Shown: in pieces, positions 1-11,000 of the stretch
Layout: every line of letters starts with the position of its first letter
How positions within the stretch are numbered: position 1 is the stretch's first letter
Origin: a virus
IMG/VR virus record: IMGVR_UViG_3300008117_000001
DNA length: 64,000 bases
Reading direction: 5' to 3' (one strand)
Program-made: the position numbers and the translations under genes
Notes under the pieces: generated by a model
The model's input: the letters and a program-made list of their open reading frames with translations, nothing else
Databases searched by the model: none
What the model was told of the DNA's origin: nothing

Positions 1-2
1 AA

Positions 3-3000
3 AATACAGCTGTCGATGAATTAGCAATCCTGCTGGGCGCTGACTATTTTAATATTCCAAACAATCCACAACTAGGTGGGCAAGGCGTTCCTATAACTAA
101 TGCAATTGAAAGAAGAAAAGCAGTAGAGTTTATAAGAAAAAATTATATAGATTTAATAGCCGCAGAAAACGAGTCAGACGCCGGAATCATTCAATACTTT
201 AACTCAACAATTGCTGATGCACTTAATGGTATTAGAGAAAACTTTTTTGACTCTCCAGTAATTAATACAATTCTTGAATACGCGTTAGATAATTCCAAAA
301 AACCAGAAGAAGCCATTGCTCTAAATGAAAAAATTAAAACTCCAAAACAGCTTTTCCTTTTAATGGTTGGTTTATTTAGGCAAAAGCTTTGGAACTCAGC
401 CTATGGCAGAGCATGGTTGGTTTTGAAGCCTAACCGTAAAAGAGGTTTAATTACGAGTGGAGGCGGAGGATCTGACGGTCAGTGGTCATTCAAACCTATC
501 GATAGGATATTTGAGGCTTTCATAAATCCATATAGCCAGTACGCTAAGGATGACAATAAGTTCCTTCAATTATTAGTTTCAACAAAATCTGAGGGAACTG
601 GTGCTACGACATTTATTTCTGGAACACTTGAAGATATTGGTAATTTCTACGATAGAAATATCGGACCAATTATGACCGCAATAGGTGACGGTCTTTCTGG
701 TCTTCTTGGAATGTTCAAGCTTTCCATGATGCAAATGGGTTATGCCATCTCAGAGGTTGGCAATTTTAGTAAGCAAGCACATATTTTAAACAAAGTTCTG
801 AATGACTCTATTTATTATTCATTAGGAAGAGAGGGCACCTTATTAAGGGCTGTTGATAATCCGTTTACTCGCGAATATGGCGAACCCGTATTGGAAATCA
901 GACAGCCCTTCCAAAGAATCCATTATCTAAGTTCATTTTCTCATATTATATCAAATCAGATTCAAGAGAATTTGAATGGCGTGTCAACCGTAGTTACCGC
1001 AGTTTCAGATGGTAAATATCCAATTACAGTAGCTTTAGATAAAGGTGCTCCAGCAGAGCGTCAAACTGAAAAAACTGTTGAAACAGGTTTGTATTATGAT
1101 AATTTTGTAGGATCAGGTTTCTTGGGCGTACTTCATCCAATCATGCATCCAATGGAAACGATTAGAGGAATTGCGAAGAATGTTCAAGGAACACCTGATG
1201 AACTTTCCGCAAAAAGAATAGCCTTAGCTCACTTGAAGGAATCCATCAAAGATATATATGGTGGAGAGCTCATAGTTATAGGTAATGCAGATATTCGTCC
1301 GCATGACTTGGTTTATTTGTCAGATGTTTACGAAAGAATGTATGGAATTTTTGAGGTAGAGCAAGTTGTCCATCATTTTACTCCCGAAATGGGATACATT
1401 ACATCAATTACTCCGAATGCGCTTGTGACCGTAAATGATCCCGCTAGATGGTTCTTGACTTCTTGGATCAACTCTTGGTTCACTGTGCAAAATCTTAGAA
1501 ATGATACACGTTTCTACATGGATAATATAATGGCCTCAAATACTGGAATAAATGTAGGAGGAAATATATCTATAGATGGACTATCAGACGCTTTAGGCCC
1601 ACAAATGATTGGCGGTCTGCAGTTTACTCACGGATCTACGGCTTTAGTTAAAGATGTAATGGCAAATCAAACTGCTACGACTCTTCCAAAAAGAGCAGAA
1701 ACTGTCATTCAACAATATGGTTCTTCTGCGAGTAGAACAGTTTTTCAGGGAATGACAACGGCGCTAACTGGTGGCGTAGGCGTTGCCGCTGCGGCGGCGG
1801 GAGCTGGAGCAACTGGTGCAGCCGGTTTCGGAATTGCTTTGTCGGTACCGATAGTTGGCCAATTGGCATGGAAGGGATGGAAATGGATTAGGGATAATGT
1901 GCTAGATCAACACGGCTGCTATGTCCAATACCTAAATAAAAATGGTCAACCAATGGATGCAGGCTTATCCTACAATCAGGGAATGGTCGTTGGCAAGCAC
2001 CACTCTAAAGTATTGCTACCTGGACTTCTCGGCGCAAGAACTAAGGTTAGAACTCCAGAAGGAAATGTTTTTGTTAGAAGTGATGATCTCCTTAAGAGTC
2101 TTGGCTGGCAAGAAAAGCAGATAACAGATCTAGTTAGATACATAGACTATGAAAATGCTCTTGTTCATGCAAGGGTGTTGCAGTTGAGTGGCTTGGGGCC
2201 AGATAGAACTGATTTACAGCCATCATTATTTAGCGTTATCGCTAAGATAACTAAATTCAAAGATGGTGACACGTTTGATGTAGAAGATGTTATCTCTGGT
2301 GCAACATTTACCGTAAGATTTGATGGCATAAACTCAGGCGAAACAAATACATTTACCGTTACCTCAAATGATGGTGATCTAGGAGTAAGTTATAGCGATT
2401 CTTCGACCCCTTCAACAACAATGACATCAATTACTACTCCTGGAGGTAAAGCCAAAATATTTGTTCAGTCTAAATTGGAAAATAGATTGGTTGTTTTAAG
2501 AATAAGAATAAGTAACGCTGCGTCCAGCTCTGTTATATCTGAGTCAGATTTTGAAGCTGGCGCTGAACAAAATACTGTAGCTAATTATACCAAAGATGTT
2601 ACAGACTCAAAGAGAACTCTTGGAACAGTATGGTATTACCAGCCAGAGTCGATAGTTCAGTCGGCAAAGGACTTTGTAGAAAGCTGCTTTATAGGGAACC
2701 AAACTGGTGCTGGAGCCGAGCAAAAAATTAAGGATTCTTTCTTTAATTCAATATATCAAGATTCTCCCCTTTTCGTGAAAAAAGAATCTATATTGAGCGC
2801 ATTGTCCGTATTAGGGTTAGTTTATACTGCTCCAATATCCGTCTTGCTTGATACGAGTGTTAGATATGGATTAACAAATCAGCAGACAAATAAACTATAT
2901 AATGATTTAGTTCAATATAAAGTTCTAGAAGCTACTTACAATAAGACAAGAGAGTGGCCTACTATATTCTGGGACGAGTATTATGAAGACGGACATGCAG

Positions 3001-3128
3001 TTACCTTGAACTGGGAACTAGTAACAAATAATCTCGCTACAGTATACGCAAAGCAGCTACAAATAGAAGGCGATGCGGTGATTAGTGCAGAGGAATCGGC
3101 TTTGATTCCTAGAAGAATCGGTAGTTAA
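3..3128 (+). CDS. Baseplate hub / tail-tip protein (gpD/gp27-like) with C-terminal staphylococcal-nuclease-like domain; 5'-truncated by window edge
   Basis: Frame is open from position 3 (NTAVDELAIL...) into the listed 363 ORF, so the true start is upstream of the window. GNADIRPHDLVYL...FEVEQVVHHFTPEMGYITSIT resembles the C-terminal part of late-control-D/hub proteins. KDGDTFDV...VRFDGINSGE...KRTLGTVW...LNWELVTNNLATVY matches SNase motifs. It sits directly upstream of lysin, spike, gp25 and baseplate J genes. Confidence 0.7.
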   Translation, partial: NTAVDELAILLGADYFNIPNNPQLGGQGVPITNAIERRKAVEFIRKNYIDLIAAENESDAGIIQYFNSTIADALNGIRENFFDSPVINTILEYALDNSKKPEEAIALNEKIKTPKQLFLLMVGLFRQKLWNSAYGRAWLVLKPNRKRGLITSGGGGSDGQWSFKPIDRIFEAFINPYSQYAKDDNKFLQLLVSTKSEGTGATTFISGTLEDIGNFYDRNIGPIMTAIGDGLSGLLGMFKLSMMQMGYAISEVGNFSKQAHILNKVLNDSIYYSLGREGTLLRAVDNPFTREYGEPVLEIRQPFQRIHYLSSFSHIISNQIQENLNGVSTVVTAVSDGKYPITVALDKGAPAERQTEKTVETGLYYDNFVGSGFLGVLHPIMHPMETIRGIAKNVQGTPDELSAKRIALAHLKESIKDIYGGELIVIGNADIRPHDLVYLSDVYERMYGIFEVEQVVHHFTPEMGYITSITPNALVTVNDPARWFLTSWINSWFTVQNLRNDTRFYMDNIMASNTGINVGGNISIDGLSDALGPQMIGGLQFTHGSTALVKDVMANQTATTLPKRAETVIQQYGSSASRTVFQGMTTALTGGVGVAAAAAGAGATGAAGFGIALSVPIVGQLAWKGWKWIRDNVLDQHGCYVQYLNKNGQPMDAGLSYNQGMVVGKHHSKVLLPGLLGARTKVRTPEGNVFVRSDDLLKSLGWQEKQITDLVRYIDYENALVHARVLQLSGLGPDRTDLQPSLFSVIAKITKFKDGDTFDVEDVISGATFTVRFDGINSGETNTFTVTSNDGDLGVSYSDSSTPSTTMTSITTPGGKAKIFVQSKLENRLVVLRIRISNAASSSVISESDFEAGAEQNTVANYTKDVTDSKRTLGTVWYYQPESIVQSAKDFVESCFIGNQTGAGAEQKIKDSFFNSIYQDSPLFVKKESILSALSVLGLVYTAPISVLLDTSVRYGLTNQQTNKLYNDLVQYKVLEATYNKTREWPTIFWDEYYEDGHAVTLNWELVTNNLATVYAKQLQIEGDAVISAEESALIPRRIGS

Positions 3129-3137
3129 GGATAAATT

Positions 3138-5462
3138 ATGTCTTTTAGTATAAATGCGCAATCCCTTTCTGATAGTGCCTCTTTTGCAAAAACAATACAT
3201 GGTGATTTTTATCCTGGCGGAAAATCGCCAGTCCTCAATACCAGTGCTTCATTAGCTCCTCCCGCTACGGGTAGGACCTTAAGTTCATTTGATGTGACTG
3301 GAGTTATGGCAGGAGACCTTCTTAATAGAAGTAAAAAGTATCCAATAGCAGCGATGAATGCAAGCATATCTGGATCTTTAAATGGGCTAATTACAGGCGG
3401 AGCTGCAGCTGCATCTGCTACTACTCCTGAAAATGCCACAATCTCAATACCTAATCCGGAAGCAACAGATTTTAGTGTTGACGGAGAAGGTAATCCAACT
3501 GGCTCAAATAATGCAACCTTAACAGGAGCCGCCGCATGGAATAAAATTTTGTCAAAAAGTATGGTTGGAAAAAACATTGGAAATACTTTTGTGGAAAATT
3601 CCTTGCAAATTATAAGAAACACAATGATCTCTTCATCACAGGATGATGATCCATCTGATAACAATAGGGGTTCTGGCGGTTCTGGCTCTCCGGGAATAGG
3701 CGAGATGCAGAGTGCGGGAAGAAGAGATGTAGCCTTAATAGCGGAACTTACATTAGAGGAAAAGGGATGGTATCAGGAAAGGTTGACTTTATTAAGATCT
3801 AAATATGAGTCACAAATAAGTGACGATAGCTCTATGGGCGGATTTAGATTTGATATTCCAAATGAGTGGGCAGCTGATCCGAGAGATGTTTATAACGGTT
3901 CCTCGACTCATTTTCCTGATTCTAAGGTAGATAGTAGTCAAAGAATTCTGAGCGACGATCTCATACTACAATCGCCCACACTCGGAATATCAAATGCCTT
4001 TCTATCCGCAGCTCTAATAGAATTGTTAATACTTCTGCACGAAAAGAACTATTATATAGCAGGTGGATTTGGCGCAGGAAGAGACCCTAATCAACCTCAA
4101 TACATTAAGCCAGATAAATTTACCCCAGGAGATCACACTTTTGGTAGAGCTATAGATATACGAGAAGTCGGAAGAATAAATGAAGAATCCTTTAATGTTG
4201 AGACAACTAACGGCACTCCAAATCACGTTCCTGTATACGGCTCTGCCCTGGATATCTTAATAGAGGCGTTATCAGAGGTTCCACAATATTTAATCCCAGA
4301 TTCAATTGTTGTTAGTGATAAATTAGACTTGGGAATTATAGATGGTCTAGAGCCAGTTACTGCAGCTATTAAATTAAATAGGCCATACTTACAGTACTTG
4401 AACTTCCATGCGGACTCTAACCACAGGGATCATATACATTTAAGTTTTAGTGGAATGAGAGCCGGAAAATATGTTGGCCCAGGTGGAGCTATGACTATTT
4501 CAGCAACAAACGTAACATCTCGTCCGTCAAACCTAAGCGGTAGTGCAGACAGCCTGGAAAGACAGATTGAAAAACAGATGCGAGGTGGCGGATATGGTGG
4601 TTCTGGATCTAGCCCTGCAGATATGTTAGATGCAAACTATTATGGCCAATGGGATTTTAGTCTTGGACTAGAAGGAGTGTATGATGTGTTAACTCAAACC
4701 TGGTGCTCGCCGGAACTAGCAGCCTGTCTCGCTGCCGTTGCGGTTAGAGAGAGTAATTGCAGACCTACAGGGTTTTATATTGGTGATGACGATTTTATTT
4801 CTTTAGGATTTTTGCAGATCAATATGGGTGCGGGTGGCTACAAAAGATATTCTGAAACTAACAAAAAGTATGGAAGATATGATGGATTGGCTCACGGAAC
4901 TAAGACATATGAGTTAACAAATGCAACTGGCAAAACGCAAATGCAGGGGTGGCTTATTGCTTCAGCAAACTGGAGTTTGGTTTATCCTGGAGAAACAGTC
5001 CCAACTCAAGATACTTATAATAAAATGATAAATGATAAATACTACCTTTCTTTATTTTATAATGGGGGAGTTAAAAATAAAGTAATAGAAGAAATGAGGC
5101 CACTAGTTGATAGAAGGGTTTGGATACCTAGAAATCAAGCGTGGATGGCTTATACTGCGCGTACTGGTAAGCTTCCAGCCTTTGGTGATCCAAAGCTTGA
5201 TGGGTATCAGTTCCAGGTATGGGGAGACGGGTACAAAGATTATGGCTGGATGAATGGTGGCGTAAAGTTTCAGGACGCAGCAGATATTTATTCTGATAGA
5301 ACAGGAAAAACAGCAGCAGATCTTAAGACATGGTTAAGGAATGTATATGCGACTGATCCATCCGTCTTCTTGCCAATAGTTGCTAATTCCTCAGCTAAAT
5401 ATATAGAAAGATGGATGAATGGAGAAGTTTTTCCAAGAAATTATGCAAACGGAGATAGCTAG
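3138..5462 (+). CDS. Tail-associated peptidoglycan hydrolase (M15-type Zn peptidase + lytic transglycosylase/SLT domain)
   Basis: DHTFGRAIDI (HxxxxAxD) and HRDHIHLSF are M15 Zn-ligand motifs. AAVAVRESNCRP...SLGFLQIN matches the SLT catalytic E-S and GxxQ motifs. Position lies between hub and spike genes. Confidence 0.75.
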   Translation: MSFSINAQSLSDSASFAKTIHGDFYPGGKSPVLNTSASLAPPATGRTLSSFDVTGVMAGDLLNRSKKYPIAAMNASISGSLNGLITGGAAAASATTPENATISIPNPEATDFSVDGEGNPTGSNNATLTGAAAWNKILSKSMVGKNIGNTFVENSLQIIRNTMISSSQDDDPSDNNRGSGGSGSPGIGEMQSAGRRDVALIAELTLEEKGWYQERLTLLRSKYESQISDDSSMGGFRFDIPNEWAADPRDVYNGSSTHFPDSKVDSSQRILSDDLILQSPTLGISNAFLSAALIELLILLHEKNYYIAGGFGAGRDPNQPQYIKPDKFTPGDHTFGRAIDIREVGRINEESFNVETTNGTPNHVPVYGSALDILIEALSEVPQYLIPDSIVVSDKLDLGIIDGLEPVTAAIKLNRPYLQYLNFHADSNHRDHIHLSFSGMRAGKYVGPGGAMTISATNVTSRPSNLSGSADSLERQIEKQMRGGGYGGSGSSPADMLDANYYGQWDFSLGLEGVYDVLTQTWCSPELAACLAAVAVRESNCRPTGFYIGDDDFISLGFLQINMGAGGYKRYSETNKKYGRYDGLAHGTKTYELTNATGKTQMQGWLIASANWSLVYPGETVPTQDTYNKMINDKYYLSLFYNGGVKNKVIEEMRPLVDRRVWIPRNQAWMAYTARTGKLPAFGDPKLDGYQFQVWGDGYKDYGWMNGGVKFQDAADIYSDRTGKTAADLKTWLRNVYATDPSVFLPIVANSSAKYIERWMNGEVFPRNYANGDS

Positions 5463-5470
5463 GAGAAAAA

Positions 5471-5842
5471 ATGCCAGTTAATTACCCTAAATTTGACAAA
5501 AAAATACAAGACCAAATAGATGTAACGGAAATGCAAAAGGCCAGAAGTAGGCCCGGAGTCATTGCATCTTATGATAAGCGTCAAAACACAGCCGTTGTAA
5601 TACTTGAAGACCAGTACTCCCAGAATATTGGTAATGTTATAAAAAACGTAGTTTGTCCAGTAACCAATGGTGTTCAATCTGTCGCCCCAACACCAGGAAA
5701 CAGGTGCCTAGTGGGATTTCGCGACAACAATGAAGCTAAGCCATATATTATAAATTTCTACAACGATGCGGGAAATATGGGCAGCTATAGATATTACAAT
5801 ACTGTTAACACTGGAATACCCAATTTTATGGTCTGCTCATGA
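5471..5842 (+). CDS. Baseplate spike N-terminal OB-fold protein (gpV/gp5-like)
   Basis: RPGVIASYD...AVVIL...P.PGNRCLVGFRDNN..KPYII is the typical gpV/gp5 OB pattern, and synteny with gp25 and baseplate J agrees. Confidence 0.65.
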   Translation: MPVNYPKFDKKIQDQIDVTEMQKARSRPGVIASYDKRQNTAVVILEDQYSQNIGNVIKNVVCPVTNGVQSVAPTPGNRCLVGFRDNNEAKPYIINFYNDAGNMGSYRYYNTVNTGIPNFMVCS

Positions 5843-6483
5843 GTAAAGAGTCAATCGAAAGAGATAATTATCAGCAGCCAACTATTCCAATAGGCGCTGA
5901 GATTAGAAAAAGAAAAGAATTTTCAGAAAGAGAAGTTGGCTTAACGCACCCCGATCTGTCAAGTTTTATTAGACTTAATGACCGTGGCGACATAGAGATA
6001 TTTGCAGCACCGGGCATAGGTATTGTTATAAGCGCAAAATCTAAATCAATTTCTTTATTTGGAGATTCTGTTAGATTTTTTACAAAAGAAGATGGTTTAA
6101 GATGGAACAGCTACAACTTTAACTACTGCGCATCTTCCTATATAGAGCCAACTCTTGTTAAAATTAATCATAAAAATATTCATTCAGCTACAAATGGTAT
6201 AGCTTACTATTTAAATGGCATAGAAGAGTATGCGGATCAAGAAACTCAAACTCCCATTACTATAATAGGTGAGTTTGGTTTTGCTAGTAAGCAAGAGCAA
6301 GTTCAGCAAACATATGAGTCAGAGTATGATTTGACTGGGTTGACCGATGAGCAAATAGGGCTGCTTGAAATATATCAAACTGATCACTCAAAAGAACACA
6401 TATTGCTAATGGTCGAACTAATGAAAAGTGGAAACAGTTTTGAGGAGGCACATAGCCTCGCCTTAAAGGAAACAAATGAGTGA
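5839..6483 (+). CDS. Baseplate-region hypothetical protein (possible spike C-terminal part)
   Basis: ATGA overlap with the upstream gene. N-terminal IRLNDRGDIEIFA...IVIS beta-rich segment; synteny only. Confidence 0.45.
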   Translation: MSKESIERDNYQQPTIPIGAEIRKRKEFSEREVGLTHPDLSSFIRLNDRGDIEIFAAPGIGIVISAKSKSISLFGDSVRFFTKEDGLRWNSYNFNYCASSYIEPTLVKINHKNIHSATNGIAYYLNGIEEYADQETQTPITIIGEFGFASKQEQVQQTYESEYDLTGLTDEQIGLLEIYQTDHSKEHILLMVELMKSGNSFEEAHSLALKETNE

Positions 6484-6856
6484 TTTGTATTTAACGCTAA
6501 ATGGAGACTTTATGTTAGATGGCAATAAAGACATTGCCCTAGCACCCTCCTCTATGCATGAAGATGTCCAGCAAATTTACTTAAGAATAATGACTGAGCC
6601 TGGAGACTTCTATATATATCCTCAGCTTGGCGTTGACTTATCTAGGCTTTATGGCTTACCACAAACAAAAGAAACGGCTGAGTTTGGTAAGGCATTGATA
6701 ATGGCTGGCATTCAAAAGGAAGGCCTTTTTAAGGGTAGGGGTATTCAAATTAAGGCAGTACCAACTAGCAGAGATGTGATTAGATTTGATATTCATATAA
6801 TATCTGATATTAATGAGCCAATAATTCTTTCTGTTAGTCAAACTTTAGGAGTATAA
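6476..6856 (+). CDS. gp25-like baseplate wedge / sheath initiator
   Basis: DLYL..GDF..D...DIAL...QQIYLRIMTEPGDFYIYPQLGVDL, 126 aa, immediately before baseplate J. Confidence 0.75.
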   Translation: MSDLYLTLNGDFMLDGNKDIALAPSSMHEDVQQIYLRIMTEPGDFYIYPQLGVDLSRLYGLPQTKETAEFGKALIMAGIQKEGLFKGRGIQIKAVPTSRDVIRFDIHIISDINEPIILSVSQTLGV

Positions 6857-6858
6857 TA

Positions 6859-8028
6859 ATGCCAATATATGGAATAAAAAATAAAGCTGATATATTAGTT
6901 AATGTTTTAAACGGCTTACAAAAAAACGCAGGCATATCTGCAGTCTACCCGGGCTCTATAGCTAGAGCGTTTGCGGAAGCTTTCACTAGTGAAGTTTCTG
7001 ATCTTTATGAGGCATTAAGATTCAACCTTACCCAAGGTGATCTAATGACAGCATCAGGTCGTAACCTTGACTTAATAGGCGATTTATATGGCATAACTAG
7101 AAGAAATATTAGCGATTATTCAAGTCAAGATCGTGAATCTTTTAATATTCAGTTTTTTATAGACAAGCCACATAGTTCCGATGTCACTATACCATCAGGG
7201 ACTTTAGTATATAATGATGTGTCTAATTTTATTACAAAACAATATACTTATAAGCTAGCTGGAGATGTAATTATAGGCAGAGGATCTACCAGAGCTTACG
7301 GAAGAGTTGACCCTAACTTTACGGACAACGCCTATGTGGCGCCCGTAAGTACGCTTACTAAACATAACGCATTTTCTCCCGCAGGAGTAATTATATTTTG
7401 CTCAAACCCCAAAGAAGTATATTCCAATACAAGCGCAGAGTCAGACACTAATTTTAGAAGAAGAATCATAGCTTCCATAAAGGCTAAGGCGCCTGGTACA
7501 GTTGAGTCTGTAAGATTTGCTGCTCTAGCGGTCAGAGGGGTCAGGGACGTTAGAATTAGAGAGGGCACGTATGGCGTTGGCTCCTGTGACGTAATAATCG
7601 TACCAGAAACAGCTACCGATATGTCTAATCTCCCTCAAAGAGTCATGGTTGCTGTAAGTGCAGTAAAGCCAATTGGTGTTAGATTTAATGTCAGAATTGC
7701 AGAAAGAGTTAGCATCAACATAGAGGCTACCATTACTTTGCCGATGGGCTTGAGCGAAAATCTGGCTAGCGGAGTCAGAAACCAAGCATCGCTCTTTGTG
7801 AAGAGATACTTGAATTCGCTTACTGTAGGCGATATGGTTTCTATGTCAGAGATTGAAAGACAAATTAAATTATCATCAGATTATATTCGCAGCTGCTATA
7901 TAAGCGCAATGCTTGCGGACGGCTCAAATATGCCACTCGTTGATTTTTCGTTAGATACAGTTAAAAAATATCCAGTAGCAGGCGCAATAAACATTAGTTC
8001 TGTTATAATGGGTGGAACAAATTATTAA
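6859..8028 (+). CDS. Baseplate J-like wedge protein
   Basis: TASGRNLDLIGDLYGITR, ESDTNFRRRI and AL.VRGVRDV...G.G.CDVII are characteristic baseplate-J segments. Confidence 0.85.
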   Translation: MPIYGIKNKADILVNVLNGLQKNAGISAVYPGSIARAFAEAFTSEVSDLYEALRFNLTQGDLMTASGRNLDLIGDLYGITRRNISDYSSQDRESFNIQFFIDKPHSSDVTIPSGTLVYNDVSNFITKQYTYKLAGDVIIGRGSTRAYGRVDPNFTDNAYVAPVSTLTKHNAFSPAGVIIFCSNPKEVYSNTSAESDTNFRRRIIASIKAKAPGTVESVRFAALAVRGVRDVRIREGTYGVGSCDVIIVPETATDMSNLPQRVMVAVSAVKPIGVRFNVRIAERVSINIEATITLPMGLSENLASGVRNQASLFVKRYLNSLTVGDMVSMSEIERQIKLSSDYIRSCYISAMLADGSNMPLVDFSLDTVKKYPVAGAINISSVIMGGTNY

Positions 8029-8053
8029 TTTACAAATTAATATTTAAGGATAA

Positions 8054-11000
8054 TTGATGAAGCAGTATTTGTTACTTTTAAAAAGTGGGGACTTCAATAA
8101 GTCTGGCAACACATGGACAAGTAGTGCTATAAACCTATACAAAAATAGCTCTTTCACCAATTATTCTTATGTCAGATCAAGGTATGGCCTCAATACAATA
8201 GGTGATAATACCTATGTTGGACTTGAGCTCACTTCCCCATCTTATAACGGCGACGTTGCAACGCCGCTATCAGACAATGCAGCATACGTAACAGATATCG
8301 GTGAAATCGTTTATGACGACGCCACACCATCTCTTTTGAGATTCATAGACACAACATCCAAGATAGACGTTCTAGCCTACAAGCATTTATTCACCAATCT
8401 TCCTGGAACAGAAGTCCCAACTTTTAATCTTCAGATGTATGAATCAGATTCGGAGGATGGTCCGTGGTTAAAGTCGATTCTGTCTTTTGATTCAAATGTC
8501 ATCTTTGTTAGGGACTGCAAACCTTGGATAAAAATAGAGTTAGAAATATTTACTGAAACTTTAGATACTAGCGATTTAGGTCTTTTATTTTATTTGGAAA
8601 TTGGTATACATGATCCAATTGCCCCTGTAGCGTCTGAACATGCAAGAAATATTCTAAAGAGATTCCCAACATGGACAGATATGTTTGCGGATTCGGAAAA
8701 TCCAGCAACTCCGTCCTTGTTTGTCCCCAGCTCTACCGCTGGAAAATTTTTAACAGCTCTTGTCCAAGAGTCTCTTGATAACTTTGATAACGAATTAAAC
8801 CTATATGACATCAACCACTATATATCAAGCGCAGATGAAAACATGCTGGCTTGGGCCTATGTGTCTTACGATGTTCCTGTTAATATCCTAAAGGTTTTAG
8901 GCGATGATGTTCCGTTAATACAGATGGATAGTCTAGCTTCTTTTTATAAGTCTCAATTGACTGATTATGTATATTATTACAGTCAGACGAATAAGCAAAT
9001 AATATGTATGCGAGAGTTTTCATCATTAACAATCAATGATGTTGAATATGATCAGTATCCCCTGCATGTTCCAAATAACTTTGATGAGTTCGGTGCAAAG
9101 GTAGGTCTTCCTAGACTTCTATTGGAGACTAATGCCAGATACAAAAAGAGAATTCTTGACGTAGCTTTAAACTATCCAGCAGCGCATATAGATGGATTCA
9201 AGAGAACAGTAAGAAGAGAGCTAGACATTTGGAAGGCCTACGGTGTTGAGCCAGATTCTAATTATATTGGAGCCACTCCGGATGTTATTGAAATTTCTGA
9301 CATGGAAAAAACAACTCCATGGTTCACTCCTTCTGGCAAACCTTTAAAGCCATTTGTTGATTTAATTGAAAGCATAAATGAAAGATACCCATCAAATATT
9401 GGCTATGTAAGATGGGAAGAAGGTTATTGGGATTACGGCGGAGCAGACGGAGAAGGAATATCTTCAATCCCTGCAATATACGATGTCGAAACTAGCGCAT
9501 CGCCACAATATTATCAACCAGGCGTTGGCGACTATGCTGACGCTAAATTAATACTGGAAGCAGAAGAAAAAGCTACAACATCTTTTTCTGGTTATGCATC
9601 CATTTCCGGTGTTTACATAGATGGGATTGAAGAGGTATATGCTCCGATAAAAGTTGATTACTCATGGTATCTTTCTTATTTAAAGAGAGTTCCAGATTAT
9701 GAGGCTGGAAGAAGAAAGTCTGGAGTCTCCCAAGATGTTGGAGTCGGCTTAACATATGAAATATCAATGGCTACGCACAATTTCTACGCCACACCATCTA
9801 CATTCTATGTTAATTTAAACTATCTAGATAGAGATGATTTCTATGTTGGAAATAGATTGCCACAAAATCATCCTGCTAGTCCAGAATATAATTTAATTAG
9901 AATATTCAATGATGACGGATACACGTTATCTTCTTTGCAGTTTAGAGATAAGACATATAACAATATCTACTACAATGCCTCTAGTTCTCCTAGTGTAAAC
10001 ACAATTAATTTTGATGATGTAGATTCTGTTAAAATAGTCTTTTCAAATGGAGGATGGAATCATATTACTCAGTCGTATGATAAGTCTTTGGCTACAGCAA
10101 ATTACCGCGTTGCTTTCACTAGATCTACTCCAAATACAACGTGGTATGCCAATCCATCTTATGGTCAGTCTGCAGAGTTGGCGTCACCAACTCAATTCTC
10201 TTACAGAGACGCTAGCATTAGAATAGGTTCGACAGTATATGAGACAAAAGTAGAAAGTTTTAATACACAAACAATTACTTCTTCTTTTTACTTGAATAAT
10301 AATAATGATTTAACTGAATCTGGCACCCAAAATTACTCTATGCAAATAGATAGTTTGGTAAATAGGTTGATTATTCCTCCGGAAGCAACACCGCAATATA
10401 TACATATTGATAACGTTAAACCTCTTGGTTTAACCTATTTTAATGGCGACACTTTGATAAGTGATATTTATGGTGGCGCAGTTATAAATCCAGACGATAA
10501 CGAAAGATACCTGGTTCCTTCCTCTCCAAATATAAGCTATAAAACATATAATTCTTCAAATGTAGAAATTTCTACGCCGGAATACTTTGATTCCGCTACA
10601 ATAAACTATAATGCAACCCCTTCATATTTTACTTTTGAGTCGGCAAGTAATAATTTTTATCCGATTTATTTTACAAAATACAGTTCATTTACATCTCAAA
10701 CTACTCCTCAGCTATTTAGTGGATACATAGATTCTCTGGAAAATGTTTATGAAAGTACAGATGAAGCAAACAATATATTCTTTAATTCAGATGATTTTCT
10801 AAAAAAGATATCTTTATCTAAAGATTCTTTTGGGTTAGATTCAGACACCACTTATATTGTCAAGGATGCACAGCTAATATCCGAAACACAATATATTGAT
10901 CCATATGTCAATAACAAAAATTCTTTGATTCTAGGTTTGACTAGCGCATTTGCAGACAACGAAAATGTTGATATTGATGTAAGAATTGCTAGAGATGCCC

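Noticed and set aside
3209-3664. Minus-strand ORFs in the track (e.g. 3209..3664, 12501..12821, 14079..14423, 27532..27972, 39586..39921, 50140..50385, 52341..52580)
   Set aside because: They lie antisense to longer, motif-bearing + strand genes and show no RBS or recognisable motifs, so they are shadow ORFs.
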